From positions 95,351,451 through 95,386,030 of the forward strand of contig NC_068987.1 in assembly GCF_001194135.2 (NCBI RefSeq): 34,580 nucleotides of DNA, given 5' to 3'. Both the position numbers and the translations under genes were made by a program. The notes below the pieces were generated by a model. The model did no database searches. It had not been told where the DNA came from and saw nothing but the letters and a program-made list of their open reading frames with translations. This document shows positions 23,305-34,580 of the stretch, piece by piece; the stretch's first letter is position 1; every line of letters begins with the position of its first letter. Source of the stretch: Octopus bimaculoides (taxonomy: Eukaryota).

Positions 23305-23800
23305 AAGGTAAAAATCCCCCACGAACGAGAAGCAGTTGAGGGAAAGAACATTTTCGGCCAGACGAAGAAGTGTCAGGTTGGGAGTTGGGTCGAAGGTCAA
23401 GAAAGTGCTTAAATGCAAAATGTCTTATTGGGTGAGAAGGGAAGGAGAACGAGTTAAAGAGACAGAGAGCATGGTTAGTGTCGTGGATTTGGGAGGGGAG
23501 GGAAGCCACTAGGAGCAAGGACACGGACGAGGTATTTTGAGATCAATTCCGTGGGGCAGTTACAAGCGGAGACAATGGGACGGCCAGGGTTGTTGGGTTT
23601 GGGAATTTGGGGAGAGGAATTAAATGGTGGGTAGGTGTGGAGTGCGGACAATGAGGCTGGAAGCGGTGGGAGGGAGATGGGAGGAGGAGATGAGGTCATG
23701 GATGGGGAGGACACAGTCTGTTGGTAGTAAGGCGTGAGGTTGGAGGTTAGAGGCAATAGAAGGAGGTATCTTGAAATTAGCGGGGTCTGGAGTAACGGAA
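23305..23800 (-). mobile_element. Penelope-like RT N-terminal fragment with frameshifts and an internal deletion
   Basis: PQIPKPNNPGRPIVSACNCPTELISKYL corresponds to the PLE motif PKIHKxxxPGRPIVS. It continues LPSQIHDTNHAL and LLRLAENVLSLNCFSF. Confidence 0.88.
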
Positions 23801-25386
23801 GAGTGGGGTGAGGGGACTGTATCGGGGAGAGAGGGATGGGTGTAGTGGCATCAGGTGGGACAGAATGAAGGAGTGAGTTTATACATATACATACACATAT
23901 ATATAATATAAACATAAATATATAGAGAGAGAGGGGGAGGGGAGGAGGAGGGGAGACAGAAAGATTGTTTTCTATTAAAACTACGAATTTTGACAGAAGA
24001 TGCAGTCATTGTCATATTTAGCTTCAACTGACTTTTCTCAACGTCCGATGCGCCTGACTCAGTGCATTGTATGAAATTGAATTTGCTTTTCATTTAGAAA
24101 TATTAATAAAAATTGTTTTCTATATATCTATTAAAATAACTACAGGTATTTTAGTTTTTCACGATTTTTTAAAAGAAAGTAGCAGGATAAATATAATTTT
24201 CCTCTTTAATTGTTAATTATTTGTGAAAATGAATCATTAACGTGAAATTTGGAGAGAAAATAAAGTTGATCTAAAGAAACAGAAAAAATGCATTGCTATA
24301 TTTTTGTTCGATTCTCGGTAAAATTATCTTAGAAGCTGAGCCTAATAAATTGAAACGTACAGTCTTCATAGCTGAAGATCATCTAGCCTTGATCGAGATT
24401 TTATGATCAAAGATGTTCCAGCAACAAACACCATGTATTTTGTCTAAAACTGCTGGAAACTTGCCCAGTGTGCTTCCACTTTCTTAAGATTGTTTCGTGT
24501 AATTAACGAAAGATTTAGTTGCTGTTCCTTGTAGTTTGAGCAATCAAGATACGACATTCTAATGGGTTGATCACTTGTCAGTTGTGTTTGGATACTTATG
24601 TCTTTTGTCTCACTTTCACTAAAGAGGAACAGAAGTGGAATTGTAGATCAGAAAATAAAAAACATATAATATTGCATCAAATAGTCATGAATGTTTTAAT
24701 TTCATTTCTACCAACTCAGCATTTTCGTTTCGTTGATACAGATAGTAGAAAAAAATTATTTTGTGATATTCAAACCGAAAATGTCTGGAAGTTAGAATAA
24801 TATTCTTTTTTTATTTTGATATGTATTTTTCAACATCTAGCGCCAAAGAATTTTTTCTGATACTTTCAGATGAATGAAGATTAAATGGAATAAAACTGAA
24901 ATTGGAGATAAAGACAGGTCTTTCAGATAATGTCAATGATCTTACTTGCAACTTCACTGAGATTCAAATACTCTTAATCTGTTGAAGATTATAATATTTG
25001 GTTCGGATTGATAACTGGTAAAAGAGAACCATTTTGAAAGCTACGTTAATACAGGGATGAAATATATTTGAAGAGAAAATGATAAGCTAAATGAAAAATG
25101 TGTTCAATTTTGTAAAAATGTTACTTTATTTCAGATATTTCACTATTAGAATTTACTAAAATACTTTGATATATCTGTTTCATACATACTTAAATATATT
25201 CTGCATTAAGGAAAAATAAGAAAATATCAGTAACTTTATTCGGGTTGTTAAAGAGTAAGAGAGCTAACACAAATAAAAGCATAGATAAACAACATACAGA
25301 TATAGTATACGGACTATCAATATATTACTCTCTTCAAACCAATTTACAGGATTTTATTTCTTTCAAATTCCCTTGTGGTAGCTAAA

Positions 25387-26312
25387 ATGCTAACACAAGA
25401 AATGAAAAGACGTGCGGTCAATGTTACCATATGAGTGGAACTCAGCGATGTAGCAGTGACCTGGAAATGGAAAATTCTTGGGGAAAAAATTCAACTGTAT
25501 CAAAGTGAAAAAAGCATTCTAAACGTTTGGAGACTATAAAGATAAAAATAGCACAAACTATGCAACGGGTTCAAAATATTAACGAGGATAATCCTGTAAT
25601 ATCAATGAGAGAAAATTGCCAAAGAAATTCAGGTGTCGGAGTGAACTGTGTTAGCTATGGTACACGAAGACGTTCATATATACAAAGGAGAAAACAATTC
25701 ATGTATTTGTAGACAGGAAATTTGTTTGATTCATGCCAACTGGTTACTTTTCAAGGTTAAAAACCCCGGAGAACATGGAAATCTTTGGTTCTTTTCTGAT
25801 GAGAAAAACCTCAACGATATCCAAAATTCTAATAGGAGGCGACAGATGGTTATGTGTAGATTTAGCTAATGTTTCCAGAGTGACACACTAAGTTCCAGCA
25901 ACTGCGATGGTTGAGTAACCAAGTTTATGTCATCCCACCGCACATATTTTGCCACAAGTTGTTGGACAAAGCTCTGGATGTGTGAAGTATGAAGTGAAGG
26001 GCCATACGTGTTTCAACAAGACTTAGCATCTTTTCACAAAGCTCGCATAACACAAGACTGAATGACGGACAATCTACAATCGTGTAACACCAAACTTGTG
26101 ACCTCCGAAATCGGTAGATTCAAGTGTCGTGGACTACTACATTAGGAGCATGATAGAAAAAAGATCAATGGACATAATCACCATACCATAAGCTTCACTG
26201 AAGACCAGCATTGTCCAGGTAATGTCGGAAATAAGAACTTAGTGCAACCATGTCAATTATTCTGGCTTTGCATTGAAAGTCACCGAAGGTGAAGACAGGT
26301 TCATAGAATAAT
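25387..26312 (+). mobile_element. maT/DD37D-like Tc1-mariner transposase pseudogene
   Basis: MLTQEMKR start, WFFSDEKN (first D), GPYVFQQDLASFHKA (second D region) and TPNL*PPKSVDSSVVDYY (degenerate WPPNSPDLNPLDY), with many stops and frameshifts. Confidence 0.8.
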
Positions 26313-26432
26313 CGTATAAGAATGTCTTACAAGCGATATGTTGGCGGCATATCTGGTGATGTAAGAAAATTTCCGTCACTTCCTACAGCAGAGTTTTTAC
26401 AGTATGATCAGGTAGGATAGCGACAGTATATA

Positions 26433-26475
<43 letters not shown>

Positions 26476-26561
26476 TGTTGGTATGCGTGTACGTTAAAAT
26501 GTATGAGTTTATGTATTTATAAACACACATACACACATACACGCACATACACACACACATA

Positions 26562-27460
26562 CCAAGTCTGATCAATAAGTATCCAGACTGTTGCCATAGT
26601 ACCGAAGCTAAACAATGCAGAGTAAAACTGCTTGGCACAGGTTGACCTGAAACGCTACTGTGCATGCGCACTAAGTTTTAACGTCCTAGCTCACTTCTGC
26701 TGTTTGCAGCAGTGCTTGGGAGGAAGGGGCGTAGCGTGTGATCGCCGCATTGACCATGACAGAGAAAGTTGTCATGGTGATACCTGCTCAGAGGCCTACG
26801 CAAGGTTGCAGAAAGTGTATGGTGAGGAATGTATAAACTGCACACAAGTGTATGAGCAGTTCGGACATTTCCAAGATGGCCGAAAAAATGTCGACACTGA
26901 TGAACGTTCTGGGAGACCTTCAACCAGAAGAAATGAGAAAAACATCGCAGATGTGCATGCAGCTGTGAGGGGAAATCGTCAAATCACCATCCGTGAGTTA
27001 TCAGAGGATGTTCAGATTAGTTACGGTTCAGTTCAGTCCATTATCACTGAAGATTTGGGTGTGAGACGCCTGTCTGCCAAGATTGTGCAGAAACCACTTT
27101 CAGCTGATCAAAAGGACACCCGGGTTTTAGCTGCACAAGATCTCCTTGATTGTGTTGAGAACGATAAAATTTTTTGAAAACTTTTGCGTAGGCCTCTGAA
27201 CAGGTATCACCAAACTTTCGACAAAATTTGATGCAGATTCTCAGCTCAACTTTCTCCCTCATCATGGTCAATCCGACGATCACACGCTACACACCTTCTT
27301 TCCAAGTACTGGTGTAAACAGCGGGAGTGACATAGAATGTTAAAACTTAGTATGCAGGAACAGCACAGTCCTAGGTTAATCTATGCCAAGCGGCCTTTAC
27401 TCTGCGTGCTTTAGTTTCGTTACTATGGCAACCATCCGGATACTTGTTGATCAGACCATG
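26562..27460. mobile_element. Rearranged mariner: two 5' ends in inverted orientation around a truncated transposase N-terminus, TA-flanked
   Basis: TA|CCAAGTCTGATCAATAAGTATCC...GGATACTTGTTGATCAGACCATG|TA. Plus ORF has HTH-region DERSGRPS...ITIRELS and RRLSAKIVQK (degenerate WVP motif). Minus ORF reads MREKVELRICIKFCRKFGDTCSEAY. Confidence 0.9.
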
Positions 27461-27499
27461 TATATATATATATATATATGTTTATATATAACGATGACC

Positions 27500-27608
<109 letters not shown>

Positions 27609-28800
27609 TACATAGATATATGTATGCTCGTGTGTTAATTTGTGTGTGTGTTTCTAATTTCTTTTCATTTTTATAAATCGTGATTTGAATTTATCGTGTA
27701 TATTTGTTAAATTTCCAGGTGGCCCGGCATAGATGTGATAGCTTGACAATCCCAACCTTAGTCACTTGAAAATTTCAATGAATTCGACTTACCTATAACA
27801 GTTACCACCAACTTAAGGAAAGTCGACTCCTTGGATCTAAGCTTACTCGTCGAGTCAGGCATGTACTGCCCCTATAAAATGTCAAACCAATCCCTAACAG
27901 TAAATAGAAACCTAATTTCACGTATCGGTAAAGGAATGTTTAATTTATCGACAAACAGAGAGAGGTAACAGGTTTTCACCCTATTGTAACAAGACAGTAC
28001 TGAGAAATAATTAATTATGTTTATAAATGTATAAGAACTTTTAAATAAGTTCTTCACCAATAATGGTGTTTACATACCGAAGGGCTTGGTAAAAATTATT
28101 AATTATTAATTTATTAATAAATTAATAAATTGATAATCCTTTACCCTTTTATTTGTAATAATTATTCACTCCCTGATAGTAAACCACAGATTTTCTGCGG
28201 TATTGCTTGTGACGCACATGGTAATTCTTGAGGAGGGATAAGAACTGGCTGGCCTATGTAGGTTCGGAGATGTTTTCAAATTGTGCCGATGCATGATGTC
28301 GCTCGGTCATGCATGCACAATTGCTAGCATCGTCGAATTTGCAACTGAAATATCATACTGATGAGGAAATGAAGAGNNNNNNNNNNNNNNNNNNNNNNNN
28401 NNNNNNNNNNNNNNNNNNNNNNNNNNNNNNNNNNNNNNNNNNNNNNNNNNNNNNNNNNNNNNNNNNNNNNNNNNNNNNNNNNNNNNNNNNNNNNNNNNNN
28501 NNNNNNNNNNNNNNNNNNNNNNNNNNNNNNNNNNNNNNNNNNNNNNNNNNNNNNNNNNNNNNNNNNNNNNNNNNNNNNNNNNNNNNNNNNNNNNNNNNNN
28601 NNNNNNNNNNNNNNNNNNNNNNNNNNNNNNNNNNNNNNNNNNNNNNNNNNNNNNNNNNNNNNNNNNNNNNNNNNNNNNNNNNNNNNNNNNNNNNNNNNNN
28701 NNNNNNNNNNNNNNNNNNNNNNNNNNNNNNNNNNNNNNNNNNNNNNNNNNNNNNNNNNNNNNNNNNNNNNNNNNNNNNNNNNNNNNNNNNNNNNNNNNNN

Positions 28801-28853
<53 letters not shown>

Positions 28854-30689
28854 CATGCATACAGACAGACAGACAGACAGACATACTCATTATATACGTC
28901 TATATATTTATGTACTGTATTTATGTCTTTATGTCTAGAGTTGATGAGGCTAAGCTTATACGCTGGTATATCAAAGCATGTGACATAAGATGAAGTACGC
29001 CTCAGATGTTTTATTGACTTTCCCGTCAAAACATTTTTGTCTACCTTACACGAGTCCTATATGTATTAATAATAGATAGCATATCAACTATGTTATGAAA
29101 TAGGAGAGTCACCAGTACGTTATCCAATAAACGTTGTGACAGAAACTATGGAAGCCTACCTGCTAAAGATTTGGCAATACTTGGTGGTTTGAAGCTTCTG
29201 GGTGCTGCTAGTTACCGGATTTTGTTGTAAACATTCATCCAAGATCTACTGTCATTGGATAACTAACCCATGACTCCAGCTTTCTAAATCTTTTTCTTCT
29301 CCCATTGTGCGATTTTCAGCCAAGTAAGTATCGGATGTCAGTCTTGTTTCTCTGCTTTAGTCTTAAAACAGTTTATTTAGAAAAAATAGGCTTGGGGATA
29401 TATTGGATTTTGACGATAGCTGACTTGATTATCTATAGAATAATCAACTTTTGGGATCAATCATTTCTAAAGCACTTCACACATTGAAATCTGAGACANN
29501 NNNNNNNNCCCACAACACCATACAGACGCAAATCCACGATATTAGCTTCTGTCCCCAAAATGTCTTTGTTAATGATCGCAACTTTTTCAATAACTTTGTT
29601 GCATAGCTGCAGATGTTCATTCACCGTTGAACATCGAATTAACAAGGTCGATATTAATTCATCTCGTGGGATTGCATAAGTATATTTATGTAGCTCATTA
29701 GGCGAGAGGAACAAATCTAAAGTCGACATTAACTATTGTATCGACTAAACATAACAAAATAACAAACAATATTTACAGTAGAAAATCCATAATTATTGGT
29801 GAAAAAACACAGCAGCGTATTTTTTAGTAGCGAGTAAGTTAATTATTTCTAAAATCTAAGAAGCTAAGAAAATTCGTTTATTTTTAATGCCATTGTTTTA
29901 CTGATAATAGATAACACCGTGGCGCCGGCATAATTTTGGTCCTAATCTTTACATATCACCACGTCGCTTTCTCTTCCCTTTCCAAATTGATATCTTATGT
30001 GAACTCTTTATCACACACACGCACACACACACATTGGCAGATATGTGTTCTCCTTTCCTCACATATACATCTATACTATTGATCCCAAATATATCAAAAT
30101 ATTTTGTAATATAAACCAAAATGACTATTTCTTGTTGTCCTGTTAACGACAGATGAAAGGACGGTATTATTTTATTGATTATTGATGTTACTGTTGATAC
30201 TGGTGCTGTGGACACTTCTTCTCCTCCACCCCCTCCTCTTTTTCTTCTTCTCCTCCTCCTCTTCTTCTCCTCCTCTTCTTCTTCTTCTTCTTCTTAATAT
30301 TCTTCTCTTTCTTTTTCTTACTGTTTTCCTTCCTTTTCAGTCTCGCTCATCACTGTTAAATCTATGATAAATAAATATTTCATTACGTTATGATATATTG
30401 CCGCTATACATTAACTTCTCTTACACCATCTTATATTCTTATTACTTGTTTACAGCTTTTTGCTCTTTCTTTTTTGTCTTTATGAAAGATTAGTTTCTCA
30501 ACATTTTCGGGGTTTTTTTTTTTTTTGGTATCTACTTTTTTCTTGAGTTTTGTTGTTATTGTCGTAAACATGATGAAGATTCTGGGCAGTGAAACCTAAA
30601 ACCAATGCTTTTGACGATAATGAATTACCAGTTCAGTATGTGTACTTTGGTATCTCTTGCACTCATCATCGCCCACTACACAGTCCCCG

Positions 30690-31223
30690 TTCTCAATTTT
30701 CAGTTTTGAAGATGAAAAAGGCATTATGTTTATTGACTACCTTCAAAAGCGTCACACCATCAATGAAAAATACTATACCAACTTGCTGAGGCCGTTACGA
30801 AAGGGTATCAAAACCAAATACCCTACAAAATTGACGAAAGAGGGAGGGGTGTTGTTTCATTAGGACAACGCTCCAGAAAAAAAGTTTTGGGGTTCAATGA
30901 CTGCTGCGCATGACTGTGACTTTGAATTGGCTGATCCCTCTCCCTAGTCTCCTAATTTGACCCCTTCTGACTATCATCGCTTCCACAAAATAAAAAAAAA
31001 CAAAGCATATGGCTGGGAAGCAGTATCGCTGTGATGATGACGTCATATCTGTTACTGATGACATTTTTAACCAAAAGGATAAAAGCTCCTTCACCAATGA
31101 GATCCAATCACTGATGGAAGAAGTGTGTAGAGTGCCAGTGGAACATGTTGAAAAGTAAATCTCATTTGGTCACATTCCATGAGAGTAACTTGGTCAGCCT
31201 ATGAACTTTTCAGCCGACCTTCG
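30690..31223 (+). mobile_element. Mariner transposase C-terminal relic with right end
   Basis: DEKGIMFIDYLQKRHTINEKYYTNLL...VLFH*DNAP and P*SPNLTPSDYH (degenerate YSPDLAPSDYH). It ends GAACTTTTCAGCCGACCTTCG|TA. Confidence 0.88.
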
Positions 31224-31469
31224 TACATATACATACACGCTCACCCCCGTCCCATTTCTCTCTCTCTCTTTCTCTATCTCTCTCTCTCTAAATATCCATA
31301 TCCACTGACAATTTAGTTCATGGGCCATCATCAGAGGCTCTGTGTTATCGGCCTAAACAAAGTACAACAAATTTAATGCCTGAATAAACAATGGCTATTG
31401 GAAAGACAAGAAAATCATTTTTGAACACTAGTGTATCCGAGCAAAGCTGAGGTTAGGCTAAACATCTTT

Positions 31470-31690
31470 TATTTCTTTAGTACCCACAGGGGCCTAAACA
31501 TAGAAGGAACAAACACGGACAGACAAAGGGATTAAGTCGATTACAGTGATCAACTGGTATTTATTTAATCGACCCCAAATGGATGAAAGGCAAAGTCGAC
31601 CTCGGCGGAATTTGAACTCAGAACGTAACGGCAAACGAAATACCGCTAGGCATTTCGCCCGGCGTACTAACGTTTCTGCCAGCTCGCTAA
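31470..31690 (-). mobile_element. SINE family A copy with alternative 3' tail
   Basis: GGATGAAAGGCAAAGTCGACCTCGGCGGAATTTGAACTCAGAACG; tail CCCACAGGGGCCTAAACATAGAAGGAACAAACACGGACAGACAAA, as at 22889. Confidence 0.85.
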
Positions 31691-32379
31691 ACATTAAAAA
31701 GAAGCATTGAATATTTGAGTTTCTGAATTATTCATACGTTAAAACTTATGTAATAACACACCCACTAGCCAGTTGTGTATTTCAGTTTGTAGTTTACTGC
31801 GATAATTTTAATCATACAGAAATTTAGCGTTACCAATCTCATGTTACTGTCTTTCATGTTTGCATCCGTCAAACCGCAAGTGTCAGATCTATAAGCTTTA
31901 TCAAAATAGGTTGCTTCAGGTGTGACAATGGGATAATGAGATTAACCTATTGATATAACAGATCTCAGAAATTCTAAGCATTATACAGGTATAAAAGCGC
32001 TGGTTATAGTCTCATAAACTAATGGAAAGATGTAAACATTACTTAAAGACATTCTCTTCCTGAGGTGATTTTGAGGCAAACATCTCTATACAAATCGGGA
32101 TTTGATGGCGTTTAATGTTTCTATTTTGTACTTCATAGTAAGTAAACGTACGTCAAATGTATGGTGAGATAAATTTTATACGATAACTCTTCAATAAGAT
32201 TTGGACTTACAGCGAAATGGCAACAAAGAACACAATACTTGCAGTGTAATGTTCATCAACAGAATTATTTCTGCCATTAAATGAAGTCTCTCATCTACTA
32301 ATCACGTTTGAGATTCCAATGTCCTTCATACAAATAGAAATTGTATAGGCACACACATATATACAAACATAAACAAATA

Positions 32380-32535
32380 CACACATACATACATACATAC
32401 ATACATACATACATACATGCATACANNNNNNNNNNTACATACATACATACATACTTACATACATACATACATACATGCATACATTCATACATACATGCAT
32501 ACATACATACATGCATACATACATACATACATACA
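32380..32535. repeat. (CATA)n microsatellite with a small gap
   Basis: Direct reading. Confidence 0.95.
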
Positions 32536-33153
32536 TCTCCATGTATGAACGATTAAGTGAATATTTGGTTTCGATACTTTAAGTGGAGATGAGTCACACC
32601 CTTAAAGACACACACACTCACACACACTCATACACACACACTCACATACACACACACTCACATACACACACACACTCACTCAGACACACACATAAATATA
32701 TATGTAGTCTCAATATGTAGCCTCAGTAGCTGCTGTGTATTAGTCAAAATACATATGAAAATGGAGAATTATAGAAATATTATTTGCAGAACTATTGTAT
32801 AACAAAACAGAAAATTGGAAATATTTTGGTATTATTTATTCACCGTTACACGTGTTTCATTTACTAATACGAATTACAAAGTTTTAATTGTGAGATAGGC
32901 ATGTGAAGAATTTCTAATAGGAAATTCCTTACATATCTCACATGTAAATCTTAGCAAATGAAACACGTATAATGGTGAATAGATGATACGAAAAATTTCC
33001 GATTTTCTGTTTTGTCATACGCGCGCGCGCGTATATATATATATATATATACAAGAAATGAGGGCAGGGAATCGTCAATTAATAATAGAATTAACAATTA
33101 ACAATTTTGCCAGGTAGTTCAGTATGAAATAAACCTTTATCGGTAAGACCATT

Positions 33154-33298
33154 TATCATCATAAATATAAGGGATTAGCAATTGAGTTGCTTCTCCAACA
33201 TACTGAAAATTCAGAAACAGCAGTCAAAGAACTACTGATTCTAAACTACAAATTTGGAGAAGCAACTCAATTGCTAATCCCTTATATTTATGATGATA
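33154..33298. repeat. 45-bp perfect inverted repeat with a 55-bp spacer
   Basis: TATCATCATAAATATAAGGGATTAGCAATTGAGTTGCTTCTCCAA at 33154-33198; exact reverse complement at 33254-33298. Confidence 0.92.
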
Positions 33299-33993
33299 TA
33301 TNNNNNNNNNNNNNNNNNNNNNNNNNNNNNNNNNNNNNNNNNNNNNNNNNNNNNNNNNNNNNNNNNNNNNNNNNNNNNNNNNNNNNNNNNNNNNNNNNNN
33401 NNNNNNNNNNNNNNNNNNNNNNNNNNNNNNNNNNNNNNNNNNNNNNNNNNNNNNNNNNNNNNNNNNNNNNNNNNNNNNNNNNNNNNNNNNNNNNNNNNNN
33501 NNNNNNNNNNNNNNNNNNNNNNNNNNNNNNNNNNNNNNNNNNNNNNNNNNNNNNNNNNNNNNNNNNNNNNNNNNNNNNNNNNNNNNNNNNNNNNNNNNNN
33601 NNNNNNNNNNNNNNNNNNNNNNNNNNNNNNNNNNNNNNNNNNNNNNNNNNNNNNNNNNNNNNNNNNNNNNNNNNNNNNNNNNNNNNNNNNNNNNNNNNNN
33701 NNNNNNNNNNNNNNNNNNNNNNNNNNNNNNNNNNNNNNNNNNNNNNNNNNNNNNNNNNNNNNNNNNNNNNNNNNNNNNNNNNNNNNNNNNNNNNNNNNNN
33801 NNNNNNNNNNNNNNNNNNNNNNNNNNNNNNNNNNNNNNNNNNNNNNNNNNNNNNNNNNNNNNNNNNNNNNNNNNNNNNNNNNNNNNNNNNNNNNNNNNNN
33901 NNNNNNNNNNNNNNNNNNNNNNNNNNNNNNNNNNNNNNNNNNNNNNNNNNNNNNNNNNNNNNNNNNNNNNNNNNNNNNNNNNNNNNNNNNNNN

Positions 33994-34030
33994 ATGAGGT
34001 CACAGAAGTGTGACGAAAGAACTCTGGCCG
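33994..34030 (+). ncRNA. Partial hammerhead-like motif truncated by the gap
   Basis: NNN-AUGA-G-GUCACA(GAAG)UGUGAC-GAA-AG-AA-CU-C: perfect 6-bp helix II, GAAA core and CUC triplet. The CUG of the core and the 5' strand of helix I would lie in the gap. Confidence 0.45.
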
Positions 34031-34183
34031 AAATAAGATTAAGATTAATGTAATATAAAGCTGAAGCAAATTAACACCAAATATACAGTGCGTGTGTTTT
34101 TATTGGCTAAACTGGCAATATGACCATCCCCAAGTACAACAACATCTGTTTCAACACACGATTTCACATCAAAAATCTTGCAA

Positions 34184-34225
<42 letters not shown>

Positions 34226-34289
34226 ATCCAAACAGGAACAAGCAAGAAAAGGCAACAACGCGAGGATTTGGCATAAGTGCAGTATTGCT

Positions 34290-34536
34290 TGAACAAATCA
34301 ACCACAGGATTTATTCTTTTCAAGCTTAGTACATATTCTATTAGTGTCTTTGCCGAACCGCAAAGTTGTGAGACCGTAAACACAGCAACATCGCTTGTCA
34401 AGTAATTGTGGGTGCACAAACAGACAAAAGCGCACAAACACACACTCGAAAATATATACATATATCTTCTAAACCATATATCTTCTTTCAGTTTCCGTGT
34501 ACGAAATACACTCACATGGCTTTGGTCGGACCGAGG

Positions 34537-34540
<4 letters not shown>
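34290..34540 (-). mobile_element. SINE family B, 3' portion
   Basis: Minus strand GCCTCGGTCCGACCAAAGCCATGTGAGTG...GGAAACTGAAAGAAG matches 13315-13367 and extends into a longer tail. Confidence 0.7.

Positions 34541-34580
<40 letters not shown>

Noticed and set aside
28358-28376. CTGATGAG at a gap edge as a possible third hammerhead
   Set aside because: Only the 5' core is visible with no helix evidence, and on the minus strand the same bases form an ordinary polypyrimidine tract.

Overview
AT-rich eukaryotic DNA that looks intronic or intergenic. It is dense in microsatellites and decayed transposons, and it has nine assembly gaps (N runs at 1121-1767, 3373-3678, 4811-5496, 7964-8108, 14257-14537, 28377-28800, 29499-29508, 32426-32435 and 33302-33993). 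The SINE families and repeat landscape resemble an octopus/coleoid cephalopod genome (inference from recognition, not searched). No intact host gene, tRNA, rRNA or CRISPR array can be supported. Supported content: two Penelope-like element (PLE) fragments (RT plus GIY-YIG, and RT only), an RTE-type LINE 3' end, a CCHC zinc-knuckle fragment, four Tc1/mariner-superfamily relics (Tc1, maT/DD37D-like and two mariner), about 11 copies of one tRNA-derived SINE, 2 copies of a second SINE, and three short segments bounded by near-perfect inverted repeats. The most interesting signal is a composite element at 9207-9514 (minus strand) with a tRNA-like B-box head, a trinucleotide microsatellite and a foldable minimal hammerhead ribozyme. 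A second, gap-truncated hammerhead-like motif sits at 33994. Other leads are a mariner built from two inward-facing 5' ends and several exon-like minus-strand segments interrupted by in-frame TAG codons (speculative).
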